64,000 bases of DNA from Microcoleus sp. (GTDB lineage: Bacteria; Cyanobacteriota; Cyanobacteriia; Cyanobacteriales; Microcoleaceae). The stretch lies in the NCBI GenBank assembly GCA_042408215.1, contig JAYFMW010000030.1, positions 32,001 to 96,000 of the forward strand, given 5' to 3'. The position numbers and the translations under genes are program-made. This document shows, in pieces, positions 55,067 through 64,000 of this stretch. The first letter of the stretch is position 1. Every line of letters begins with the position of its first letter. The notes under the pieces were generated by a model. The model had not been told where the DNA came from, ran no database searches, and worked only from the letters and a program-made list of their open reading frames with translations.

Positions 55067-55200
55067 GTAAACTTCTCAACATCGAGGTAAAGTTTTCAAC
55101 ATCGAGGTAAAGTTTTCAACATCGAGGTAAAGTCCTCAACATCGAGGTAAAGTCCTCAACCTCGAGGTAAAGTCCTCAACCTCGAGGTAAAGTCGTCAAC
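55067..55200. repeat. 20-bp head-to-tail tandem repeat, six full units plus one partial
   Basis: Unit (A/C)TCGAGGTAAAGT(TT/CC/CG)TCAAC at 55081-55200, partial copy at 55067-55080, no spacers. Confidence 0.95.
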
Positions 55201-55265
55201 TAGCAAACACATACCTGTGTAGAAAACAGTCAGTAACGATCGACTTTCAGAAAGCTTCTCCATCG

Positions 55266-55359
55266 GGACTTACGCTGCATTCCTTCTATTTTTACACTAT
55301 CTGTAGTAGTTATAACGCGCGCGATCGATACCCTACAAGTAGAGTCTGTGCGTAAGTCC
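55266..55359. repeat. Small element bounded by GGACTTACGC/GCGTAAGTCC inverted repeats (MITE/REP-like)
   Basis: Perfect 10-bp inverted repeat. A related end, GGGCTTACGC, occurs near 63933. Confidence 0.55.
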
Positions 55360-55603
55360 TATTTATAGAATAAGGGGAAAGGGAAACAGACTGCATTCAC
55401 TTATCTTAACCTAGTTGGATTTTTTCGCGCCGACTACTTATGCAGCGATTTAGATATAAAATGTCCGTGCTTCAAGCCTATGCTTTAAACCGTGGGTTTC
55501 TCCTTCCCCTTCTCGTTTTTTTCCTTCTCACTTTCCTTTCTGGGCCACCATAATAAGTGCTGCTACCGCAGCGGGCAATCGCACCCTTGACACCAGGCTA
55601 ATT

Positions 55604-57106
55604 ATGGCAAAATCTCGACTAACAGGAACACCGCCTAAAGAGGAAAATTTGGAGAGAACAGTTAAGAAAAAACGCTCGACTGCCACAGCACATAATTCTG
55701 CCAAAACTGTGAAGAAATCAGTCAAACCAACAACTGAAACTGACTCGGTTTGCGAACCATCAACAATCTCTCCACAAGAAGTAGAAGCCTTGCAAACTTG
55801 CACGAGTTTTGCAGAACTTCCAGCCGTCGATGTTCCTTCTCTAGAAAGCTTGTCAAATGAGGCAATATTGCCTTCCCCTTCTACTCTCCCATCAGCTATT
55901 GAAGTTGCCTGCAATTCAAGAGAATTAAACGATTATGTACAGGCCCTGAAAGGCATCATTCCCAGCAATAGCAGCCATCCCATTTTGTGCAATATTTTGA
56001 TTGAAGCTGATGTTGAAACTCAACATTTGCATCTGACTGCTTACAACTTAGAATTTGGAATGCAAGTGAGTTTTGATGCCAATGTCAATCAATCTGGAAA
56101 GCTTACCCTCCCCGCACCGATACTTGCTGACATTCTGGGAAAATTTCCTAACGGTAGCCTCACCTTAAAGAGTTCTTCTGAAATTATTAAAGGAAGCGAC
56201 GTTCCATCAGTCAGTGCCACTCTGAGTGCGTCAAGGAGCAAGCACGCCATTCGCGGGCTAGCTGCGGACGAATTTCCGGCTATCCCCAGCGTTCAACAAA
56301 AACTTGTAACGCTTCCTGCTAGCGTGTTAATTGCTGTACTCAAAGCTAGCTTATTTGCTGTCAGTGCGGAGGAAAATAAACGCATTTTAACTGGAGGTAA
56401 TTTTCAACTCAGTCGCGACGCAGACAGAGGACTCGATCAACTGAGAGTTTGGACGACAGACGGGCATCGGGTAGCAATGGTTTTAGGATTGAACGAAAGC
56501 AACAATTCCTATCTTTTGAGCAGTCAAATAGTTAATTTTACTGTCCCTGCTAAGGTACTCCGGTTATTGGAGCGTTCTTTGAATTCCACTGACAAAGTTA
56601 CGATTTACTATGAAGGTTTGCCAGACCAACCTAGTAATTTTGTCGCATTCGAGTGGAAAAATTGGCGGTTGACAGCGAAGTTGCTCGAAGGGCAATATCC
56701 AGTCTGCGACCAAATTATCGCTCCCTACCGACCTGAATTTAGCCATCAAGTGGTGGTTGAGAGGCTGAGCTTTTTAAAAGCCTTAGAGAGGTTAGCTTCT
56801 CACAGCGACAAGTCTCACGTAACAGCTATTTTAGAATTCGATTTAGATGCCCAACAAGTGCGAGCATCACTCAACAATACTCTCAGTTCAGGAACTGAGA
56901 CAGTTGATGCCAAACTATGGGGCTGTGAGTTTCGTCTCAAGTGCGACATCCGCTATTTGATTGATACAGCCAAAGCGATTTCCAGTTCTGATTTGCGGGT
57001 GTTAATGGCAACTCCTACCACTCCCTTACTGATTTCACCGTTTGGAACGCCTGCATCAGGTACAGAGGCTTTAGAGTGCGAATACATTGTCGCTCCGCAA
57101 GAATAA
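55604..57106 (+). CDS. dnaN: DNA polymerase III beta clamp, divergent accessory copy with an N-terminal extension
   Basis: HPILCNILIEA..LTAYNLE, DEFPAIP, RILTG, TDGHR and LLEGQYP; about 95-aa low-complexity N-terminus. Confidence 0.88.
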   Translation: MAKSRLTGTPPKEENLERTVKKKRSTATAHNSAKTVKKSVKPTTETDSVCEPSTISPQEVEALQTCTSFAELPAVDVPSLESLSNEAILPSPSTLPSAIEVACNSRELNDYVQALKGIIPSNSSHPILCNILIEADVETQHLHLTAYNLEFGMQVSFDANVNQSGKLTLPAPILADILGKFPNGSLTLKSSSEIIKGSDVPSVSATLSASRSKHAIRGLAADEFPAIPSVQQKLVTLPASVLIAVLKASLFAVSAEENKRILTGGNFQLSRDADRGLDQLRVWTTDGHRVAMVLGLNESNNSYLLSSQIVNFTVPAKVLRLLERSLNSTDKVTIYYEGLPDQPSNFVAFEWKNWRLTAKLLEGQYPVCDQIIAPYRPEFSHQVVVERLSFLKALERLASHSDKSHVTAILEFDLDAQQVRASLNNTLSSGTETVDAKLWGCEFRLKCDIRYLIDTAKAISSSDLRVLMATPTTPLLISPFGTPASGTEALECEYIVAPQE

Positions 57107-58670
57107 TCGAAAGGTGGGAGTGGCATCTAAATTTGATGCCCTTTCCTGCCAAAATTTGGAGCCTATTACTGTATAAAACAGGATACTTTGAGTGGTTTTA
57201 TCCGGCACTAAATTGTCTAAAAAATCCTACGGCTCCCCTATCGGGGAATAGTTACCAGAAGTATTCTAACGACTCAAAATGTACCAACCACTGCACCTCA
57301 AATACCGCCCCAAAAACCTACAATAATTAGTGGGTCAAGACACCATCAAAACAACCTTGACCAATGCCATCACCTCCGACAAAATTGCTCAAGCTTACCT
57401 ATTTACTGGCCCCAGAGGAACAGGCAAAACCTCAACCGCTCGCATCCTTGCTAAATCACTCAATTGTTTGAATAGCAAAAAGCCAACCGCCACTCCTTGC
57501 GGAGAATGTTCAAGCTGCAAAACCATTGACTCCTGTTCCAGCTTAGACGTAACTGAAATCGATGCTGCCTCTCACAATGGCGTGGATGATGCCACAGAAT
57601 TAATACAACACAGCAACTTTGCGCCAGCGATGAGCCCTTACCGCATCTGGATTTTAGACGAGTGTCACCAACTCAGTACCAGCGATCAAAATGCTCTCCT
57701 CAAATGCCTTGAAGAACCTCCTGCTCATGTGGTATTTATTCTCTGTACGACTGAAGCACATAAAGTCCTGCCGACAATTATCTCCCGCTGCCAAACTTTT
57801 AACTTCCGAGCCTTGTCAGTTGATGCTATTGTCGGACAATTGCACAAAATTAGCTCCGCTGAATCTATTGCGATCGCAAGTGAGGCCATGCGGGCGATCG
57901 CTCGCACCTGCGACGGGGGGTTAAGAGATGCCCTACAATTACTATCTCAGCTTTCACTGCTAAACTCAGAGATTACCCTAACTCAAGTTGCAGAAGTATC
58001 TGGCAGCATCAGCGAGCAAGAGTCGATCGCCCTTCTCAAAGCCATTCATTCTGGCGATACCTTAAGCGTACTGCAATCTTCGAGAACGCTCATTGACAGC
58101 GGCAAAACCCCCAAACTGATTCTCAGCAGCTTGCTAGCAGCAATGAGAGATTTGCTCATTGTCAAATCAACGCGCCACTGCCAGAATTTAATTGCAGGGC
58201 CAGTAGGCTACTCACAACTGCGATCGATCGCTAGCACTCTAGATTTTGAAACAATTGATGCGGCTTGTACGCAATTGCAAAAATCAGAATCTCAATTGAG
58301 AACTAGCACTAATGCGGCTACCTGGTTAGAAGTCTGCCTGCTGAACTTAATGCTGTTAAGCAAACCTGCGGTCAAGGAAATGCGATCGCCGGCAACTTCC
58401 CAATCTGATCGGCCTGACAAATTTGATAAAATCCCTCAAGAAGTAGAGGCTGATTTTCCTGACTTCGAGACAACTTGGGCGCAAGTAGTAGCAGCAGCCA
58501 AACCAGGCAATCGTAGCCTTTTAAACCGCGCTAAAATTGCCGAACTTTCTGCTGATTCATGTGTGTTAGCAGTAGAAAGAAAATACGCGAACAAGTTTCA
58601 GAGTCACCTTGAATCCGTGCAGCGTATTGTTACTAAAGCTTTAGGCCGCTCTGTTACTGTTACTTTAGCA

Positions 58671-59490
<820 letters not shown>

Positions 59491-59533
59491 TTTCTCTAGT
59501 AACTATTTACACAAAACAGGAGAAATTGATAGC

Positions 59534-60490
59534 ATGATTAGCATCCTAATTGGGAATGATACCTACGCAATTGAACGAGAAGTTGAAAATTTTAAGACTC
59601 AAACTCATCCTCTCTGGCGAGATTTCAACATCCACCGCTTCGATACTTCTTCCCTGGATGCAGCCCTCTCTGCTGCTGCTTCAGTTCCTTTCGGCGGAGG
59701 AAACAAACTTATTGTCGTTGAAAATTGCGATTTCAAGCAATTTGGAGAAATGGGGCTAGAATTGCTGCAAATTTTGCCCCAATTACCTGTTACAACGCAC
59801 TTAGTCTTCACTGCTGCTGTTATCGACAAACGGCTCAAGGTAGTCAAGCATTTATTGCTGTTTGGTAAACTTAAGGAGTTTACTCTCATTCCCCCTTGGC
59901 GTACTGATTTAATTGAAAGTGCGATCGCTGCTACTGCTAAACAAAAGAATCTCTCAATTGCCAGAGATGCTGTCAGTTATCTAGCGGTAGCGATTGGTAA
60001 CGATTCTGCTAGAAGAGTTAGTGAACTGGAGAAATTAGCCATTTATGCTGCGGGATCTCGCATTACCAAAGAAGCTGCTAAAATCCTCGTTCCAGCTACC
60101 ACAGCCAACTGTTTTCAACTGGCAGAAGCTCTTTTAAAAGGTCAAGCAGTGGCGGCAATTAAGGTGCTTGATGAATTGCTATCTCGGGCAGAGTTTTCTT
60201 TAGCAATTATTGCTACTCTTCAAACTCAGTTTAAAACTTGGCTGTGGGTAAAAGCTACTCTGGATTCCGGCGGCAAACTTTCTGATAGTGAAATTGCTAG
60301 TATGTGCGGAATTAGTAACCCCAAACGGCTGTATTTCCTTAAGCAGGAGGTTAAGGAAGTATCTGCGAACTTCTTAAGTCGATCGCTCTCCATTTTGTTT
60401 GATTTAGAAATTGCTCTCAAAACAGGAGATAAGCCTGACTCGATGTTGCCTGCTTTGCTCAGCATCACTCAACTCACTCACCTTAACTAA
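59534..60490 (+). CDS. holA: DNA polymerase III delta subunit
   Basis: ILIGND, PFGGGNKLIVV, DKRLKV, IPPW, IGNDS..SELEKL and LEIALKTG; lies downstream of dnaX. Confidence 0.85.
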   Translation: MISILIGNDTYAIEREVENFKTQTHPLWRDFNIHRFDTSSLDAALSAAASVPFGGGNKLIVVENCDFKQFGEMGLELLQILPQLPVTTHLVFTAAVIDKRLKVVKHLLLFGKLKEFTLIPPWRTDLIESAIAATAKQKNLSIARDAVSYLAVAIGNDSARRVSELEKLAIYAAGSRITKEAAKILVPATTANCFQLAEALLKGQAVAAIKVLDELLSRAEFSLAIIATLQTQFKTWLWVKATLDSGGKLSDSEIASMCGISNPKRLYFLKQEVKEVSANFLSRSLSILFDLEIALKTGDKPDSMLPALLSITQLTHLN

Positions 60491-60493
60491 CAG

Positions 60494-60527
60494 GAAAGCG
60501 CTGCCGAATTAACTTCGGCAGCCTTTC
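60494..60527. terminator. Hairpin between convergent genes
   Basis: GCTGCCGAA (60500-60508) and TTCGGCAGC (60514-60522), flanked by GAAAG and CTTTC. Confidence 0.6.
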
Positions 60528-60559
60528 ATTAACCGCTTGGATCGGTATTTTAGCGAGAA

Positions 60560-60793
60560 TTAATCACGGGCTAACCACCAAATGAATGCTCCAACAGCGA
60601 CTACAGGTACTGCAACTGCAATAACGGGTGCGATCGCGACTGATGTTACTGTTCCTGCCGCTGTGGTCACAGTAGCAATACCAACGCCACCAGTAGTAGA
60701 AGCAATTCCAGTAGCAGTTACACCAGTAGCGGTGGCTAATTTGGCGGCAATTAAAGCACCGCCGGCAGTAGTGGCTAAACCATTATTGTTCAT
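60560..60793 (-). CDS. 77-aa Ala/Thr/Gly-rich hydrophobic peptide
   Basis: ATG at 60793 with AAGGAG RBS; NGLA...IWW pattern shared with 61239-61496. Confidence 0.7.
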   Translation of the reverse strand: MNNNGLATTAGGALIAAKLATATGVTATGIASTTGGVGIATVTTAAGTVTSVAIAPVIAVAVPVVAVGAFIWWLARD

Positions 60794-60872
60794 AATTGAA
60801 GGACTCCTTTGAAGTTGAAGGTAATAAGGCGATCGAAAAAGAAAATTATCCCTTGATAATTCTGCCTTTCTG

Positions 60873-61106
60873 CTAATTGACTTTGCTAACTTTTGCGATA
60901 TCCGACTTTTTCCCATTTCTCGGATTATCTATTGTGCGCCAGGAATCGTCATTGAAATCGATTAGGACTTCTTGACCTACATCTACCCCAAGACTGTCGG
61001 GATACCAGACAATATAGCGATCGCCACTCTTGGCTTGAGCAAGTATTTTATAATTGGGATACTCAAGTCCGAAAGACTGTAAAACTTTAAACGATTCTGT
61101 TCTCAT
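60873..61106 (-). CDS. 77-aa hypothetical soluble protein
   Basis: AGGAG RBS and a clean ORF. Confidence 0.65.
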   Translation of the reverse strand: MRTESFKVLQSFGLEYPNYKILAQAKSGDRYIVWYPDSLGVDVGQEVLIDFNDDSWRTIDNPRNGKKSDIAKVSKVN

Positions 61107-61238
61107 TCTATGCTCCTGTTGTCAGATATATCTTTGTTAATTAGTAAGTAGTTGCCGAAGTCGAAGCAAATAATTTGAAAATATTCGGCAGCTACTTGAG
61201 TTTTAGCACCCATAAAATTAGCCGACACACCCTATATG

Positions 61239-61496
61239 TCAATCTTCTTGAGAAGCAGCCCACCAAATTAGTCCGCCGATCGCCACCAGTGGAATAGCCA
61301 CTACTGCAATAGTTGCGAGGGTAGAACCCATCGTGGCAATGGGAGCAAATTTGGAAGCCAAGAGTGTACCACTAGCCAGCCCGTTGCCTAAGTTAGAAAA
61401 ATCATGCTTATGTGGCGCGTGGTAGTGGTAGTGAGGAACGTGGTGATGGGGAAGGTGATGTGATAGTTTTAGGCTTTCTGATTTTTCGTGTGTCAT
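61239..61496 (-). CDS. His-rich N-terminus plus hydrophobic C-terminus peptide
   Basis: HHLPHHHVPHYHYHAPHKH then NGLA...GGLIWW; AGGAGG RBS. Confidence 0.72.
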   Translation of the reverse strand: MTHEKSESLKLSHHLPHHHVPHYHYHAPHKHDFSNLGNGLASGTLLASKFAPIATMGSTLATIAVVAIPLVAIGGLIWWAASQED

Positions 61497-61535
61497 ATTT
61501 CCTCCTGATTTAGTTCAGTTAGTTGTTCCCCTTCA

Positions 61536-61601
61536 AGAAACCGGGTTTCTGTTGTTAGACAAGCGGATATTTAGTTGCTCCCTTTAAGAAACCCGGTTTC
61601 T
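61536..61601. repeat. Pair of AGAAACC(G/C)GGTTTC REP-like palindromes
   Basis: AGAAACCGGGTTTCT and AGAAACCCGGTTTCT; further copies near 63954-63982. Confidence 0.65.
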
Positions 61602-61654
61602 GAAATCAATGGCAAAGTATGGCGAAATTAGCCATCTCTAATGAGGGAAATATA

Positions 61655-61882
61655 CTATGATTTCCCATTAGTTAATGAGCTTATTACTGCCGTTGAAATC
61701 GCACCCATTGGATCCACACCAGTCACAGCTAAAATCAGTCCTACAGTTAAGATGCTGAGATTAATAATCCCGTTGGCATTTTTAACAGGGGAGTGCGGTA
61801 AACCGTGAGGATGAGGAATATGTAAGTGATGATGACCCGAACAGTGGTTTCCATGCACAGCGCAATAGTGGTTGTTTAACAT
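61655..61882 (-). CDS. His/Cys-rich N-terminus plus hydrophobic peptide
   Basis: HYCAVHGNHCSGHHHLHIPHPH then a TM-like segment; GAGG RBS. Confidence 0.68.
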   Translation of the reverse strand: MLNNHYCAVHGNHCSGHHHLHIPHPHGLPHSPVKNANGIINLSILTVGLILAVTGVDPMGAISTAVISSLTNGKS

Positions 61883-62234
61883 GAGTTTCCTCTTGATGTT
61901 GTTGAGTATTTTTGAGCTGTTTGAGGGTTGATAATGGCTATCAACAGGTGTTGATAGCCAATCAACTATTGGCTAAGAAAACCAGTTTAAAAAGAAAACT
62001 GCTCCTTCAACCAGCCAGTCGATCAAAAACGTATCCTGGTCCCCTATCGAATTCATATCTGTGTGATGAATTTGATGGGCGTGAGGCTCGTGAAAGTGAA
62101 AATTGTGTTCGCGGTCGAATTGTCCGTGCATTTATTTATCTCCGTTTTGGATTAACTGAACTTTGATAGCTCAAGCCTAGAGCATTAACAATTTTTCTGT
62201 CAACCGTTGAAGATCAATTAATATCCAATTTCTT

Positions 62235-62420
62235 GAAAGTCTTAATTGATAAGACTTTCCAGGTTTTGCCTGATATTCAAATTGAATTCAGTTGTATTCA
62301 ACTTGAATGCAACTGAATTCAATTTGTATTCAATTGAATCTTCTAAATTAGTTCAAACTTTTGATCCACGAATTGATAATAGTTCTAAGCTTTTTTCCAA
62401 AATTCAACTTGAATTCAATT
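62235..62420. promoter_or_regulatory. Palindromic putative operator region between divergent peptide genes
   Basis: 10-bp inverted repeat at 62235-62259, a 49-bp palindrome at 62278-62326 with one mismatch, and a further TTGAATTCAA at 62409-62418. Confidence 0.55.
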
Positions 62421-62526
62421 AATATCGTTCTGCAAATTTACTAAATTAGAAGGAGAGTGCAAGAAGCTCACTCATCTTTGAGTTTCCCTCTTATTTCTAA
62501 TCGGCTTAAATAGCTAGGAGAAAAAT

Positions 62527-62709
62527 ATGTCTCATACAGATCCACACACCCAAGTTTACCAACAAGCTTTTTCTGTACCCACGAATATGGGTGCTATGAT
62601 TGGAACCGCTATAGGTGGCCCTATTGGTGGTACGGTTGGGGGCTTACTGGGAGCCGTAGTAGGCTTGTCTATTGCTTGGCATATCGGCTCTCACAATTCA
62701 CATCATTAA
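62527..62709 (+). CDS. 60-aa glycine-zipper peptide with His-rich ends
   Basis: GAMIGTAIGGPIGGTVGGLLGAVVG; AGGAG RBS. Confidence 0.72.
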   Translation: MSHTDPHTQVYQQAFSVPTNMGAMIGTAIGGPIGGTVGGLLGAVVGLSIAWHIGSHNSHH

Positions 62710-62854
62710 TCTGATGAGTTGAGATTGTCGGACTTGATTGCTCGTAAGGGTGTGTTATCCTCATCTTAGATGATAGAAGGTAGCGCACTCTTATATAATC
62801 AAGTAAAGTGTTTTACCTGTCGCAAACACAAAAACTGAAAGGAATTTTATTGCT

Positions 62855-63838
62855 ATGTCTACTCCGACTGAAGGTAAGTGGTCTGAATTCGCTAAAGCTT
62901 TCAAAGATTTTTACAGTCGTAAAAAATTCAATTCAGCTTTTGAACTGGCTAAATCTAGTGGTCTTGAAAACTCTTATCTTAGTAAAATGAAGAACAATCC
63001 CATCTTGAACCCAACTGAAGCAACTATAGAAAAATTAGCTGAAGCTTTCGTTAAAAAAAATCAGTCTAATATAGAAAATGAAAAAAGAGAGATTAGAGAG
63101 TTTTTTCAAAAATGGAGAGAAAAACAATTATATAGGGAAAACCCTTCTTCTGAAATTAAATCCTGGGACTTAACGTTTATTGAAGTTGACACAAATAATT
63201 TATCAGATTTTCAAGAAAATCTCTTACCTGAGATCATGGCTAAACTTGAAAACGTGGGCAAAGGTATGATTATTGTTAAATACGTTAAAAAGGGTAGTAT
63301 TATTTTAGGCTTGGAAAGTTCTGATGAATCCTATCAATACATTTTAAACTGTTATCAACGAGGAGAATTAAGTGAGTTGTTGGGTTTTACAGTTTCAGAT
63401 TTACAACCTCAAGTAAGTCTCAATCAATGGTTTGACAATGCTTTTACCGCAGGTTGGCAAACTGCAACAGAATTATTAAATCCCCAACAGTTGCAAGCTA
63501 CCGCACGGACGCAAAAACTTGAACGGGGAAAATTAATTGATTTGCGCGCAGATTTGTTGAGTCATTCTGTCGTCTTACTGGTTAATTTAACCCGCGATAA
63601 TGATGATTCCTCTACTGTAGAAATAACTTTGCGGGTTTATCCAACTGGCGATGATGTCTATTTACCTCCTAGTTTAAAGCTGCTGGTTTTAAGTGAAGAC
63701 AATGAAGTGTTTGAAGAAGTGACAGCTAGAAGTGCTGATGTTTTCATGCGATGTCAATTTGAAGGGGAAGTAGGAGAAGAATTTTCAGTACAATTAGTTT
63801 TAGGGGATGTGGTAGTAACAGAAGATTTTGTCATTTAA
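62855..63838 (+). CDS. XRE-like HTH plus DUF1822-family protein
   Basis: N-terminal ELAKSSGLENSYLSKM..NPTEATIEKLA. C-terminal VSLNQWF..GWQ..RGKLIDL..YLPPSLKL..GEEFSVQL..VTEDFVI. Confidence 0.8.
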   Translation: MSTPTEGKWSEFAKAFKDFYSRKKFNSAFELAKSSGLENSYLSKMKNNPILNPTEATIEKLAEAFVKKNQSNIENEKREIREFFQKWREKQLYRENPSSEIKSWDLTFIEVDTNNLSDFQENLLPEIMAKLENVGKGMIIVKYVKKGSIILGLESSDESYQYILNCYQRGELSELLGFTVSDLQPQVSLNQWFDNAFTAGWQTATELLNPQQLQATARTQKLERGKLIDLRADLLSHSVVLLVNLTRDNDDSSTVEITLRVYPTGDDVYLPPSLKLLVLSEDNEVFEEVTARSADVFMRCQFEGEVGEEFSVQLVLGDVVVTEDFVI

Positions 63839-64000
63839 TCCAGATAGCTGTTGGGCATTTTTTACAATTTGTAAAGCTAGATACCCCTTGTATTATGAAT
63901 GTGGTATAATTTTCCTTGAAAAATATGATACAGGGCTTACGCACACCGAAGGCAGAAACCGAGGGCAGAAACCGGGTTTCTTCGTAGATATCTAGTTGGG

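Noticed and set aside
55067..55200. CRISPR array
   Set aside because: Units abut directly with no unique spacers, and no cas genes are in the window.

Overview
Accessory, probably plasmid- or island-borne, DNA from a filamentous cyanobacterium (Oscillatoriales/Microcoleus-like). This is inferred from HIP1 GCGATCGC sites, AGAAACCGGGTTTC palindromes, heptamer GGGGAGT repeats and a DUF1822-type gene. Bases 1-45.8 kb are one same-strand polymorphic toxin array. It holds five giant RHS/YD genes or gene fragments, most with Ig-like repeats and a DUF6531-like domain and two with a visible vWA domain, plus three short orphan tip modules. Together they give eight toxin tips, each followed by a putative immunity gene: a BURPS668-like deaminase/SMI1-KNR4 pair, two PD-(D/E)xK nuclease/ankyrin pairs, two Hint-linked GRALDKH toxins, a Hint-linked Ntox50-like toxin, a Hint-linked SsdA-like deaminase/Imm5-like pair, and a hydrophobic Gly-rich tip. 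A conserved 235-aa gene with its own conserved promoter closes each of three blocks. The array shows exchange at three nested levels (whole barrel, core tip, Hint), mosaic gene conversion and microhomology or HIP1-like junctions. Bases 46-64 kb hold a three-gene cluster hit by an IS200/IS605 element (rearranged-RuvC TnpB, tnpA remnant) and a group II intron. They also hold a RecD/Dda-like helicase, a 20-bp tandem repeat, a dnaN-dnaX-holA set with an antisense four-helix-bundle cassette between nested inverted repeats, a cluster of small His-rich/hydrophobic peptides around a long palindrome, and an HTH-DUF1822 regulator. Several net +1 frameshifts may be sequencing errors. All family calls come from motif recognition by eye; no searches were run.
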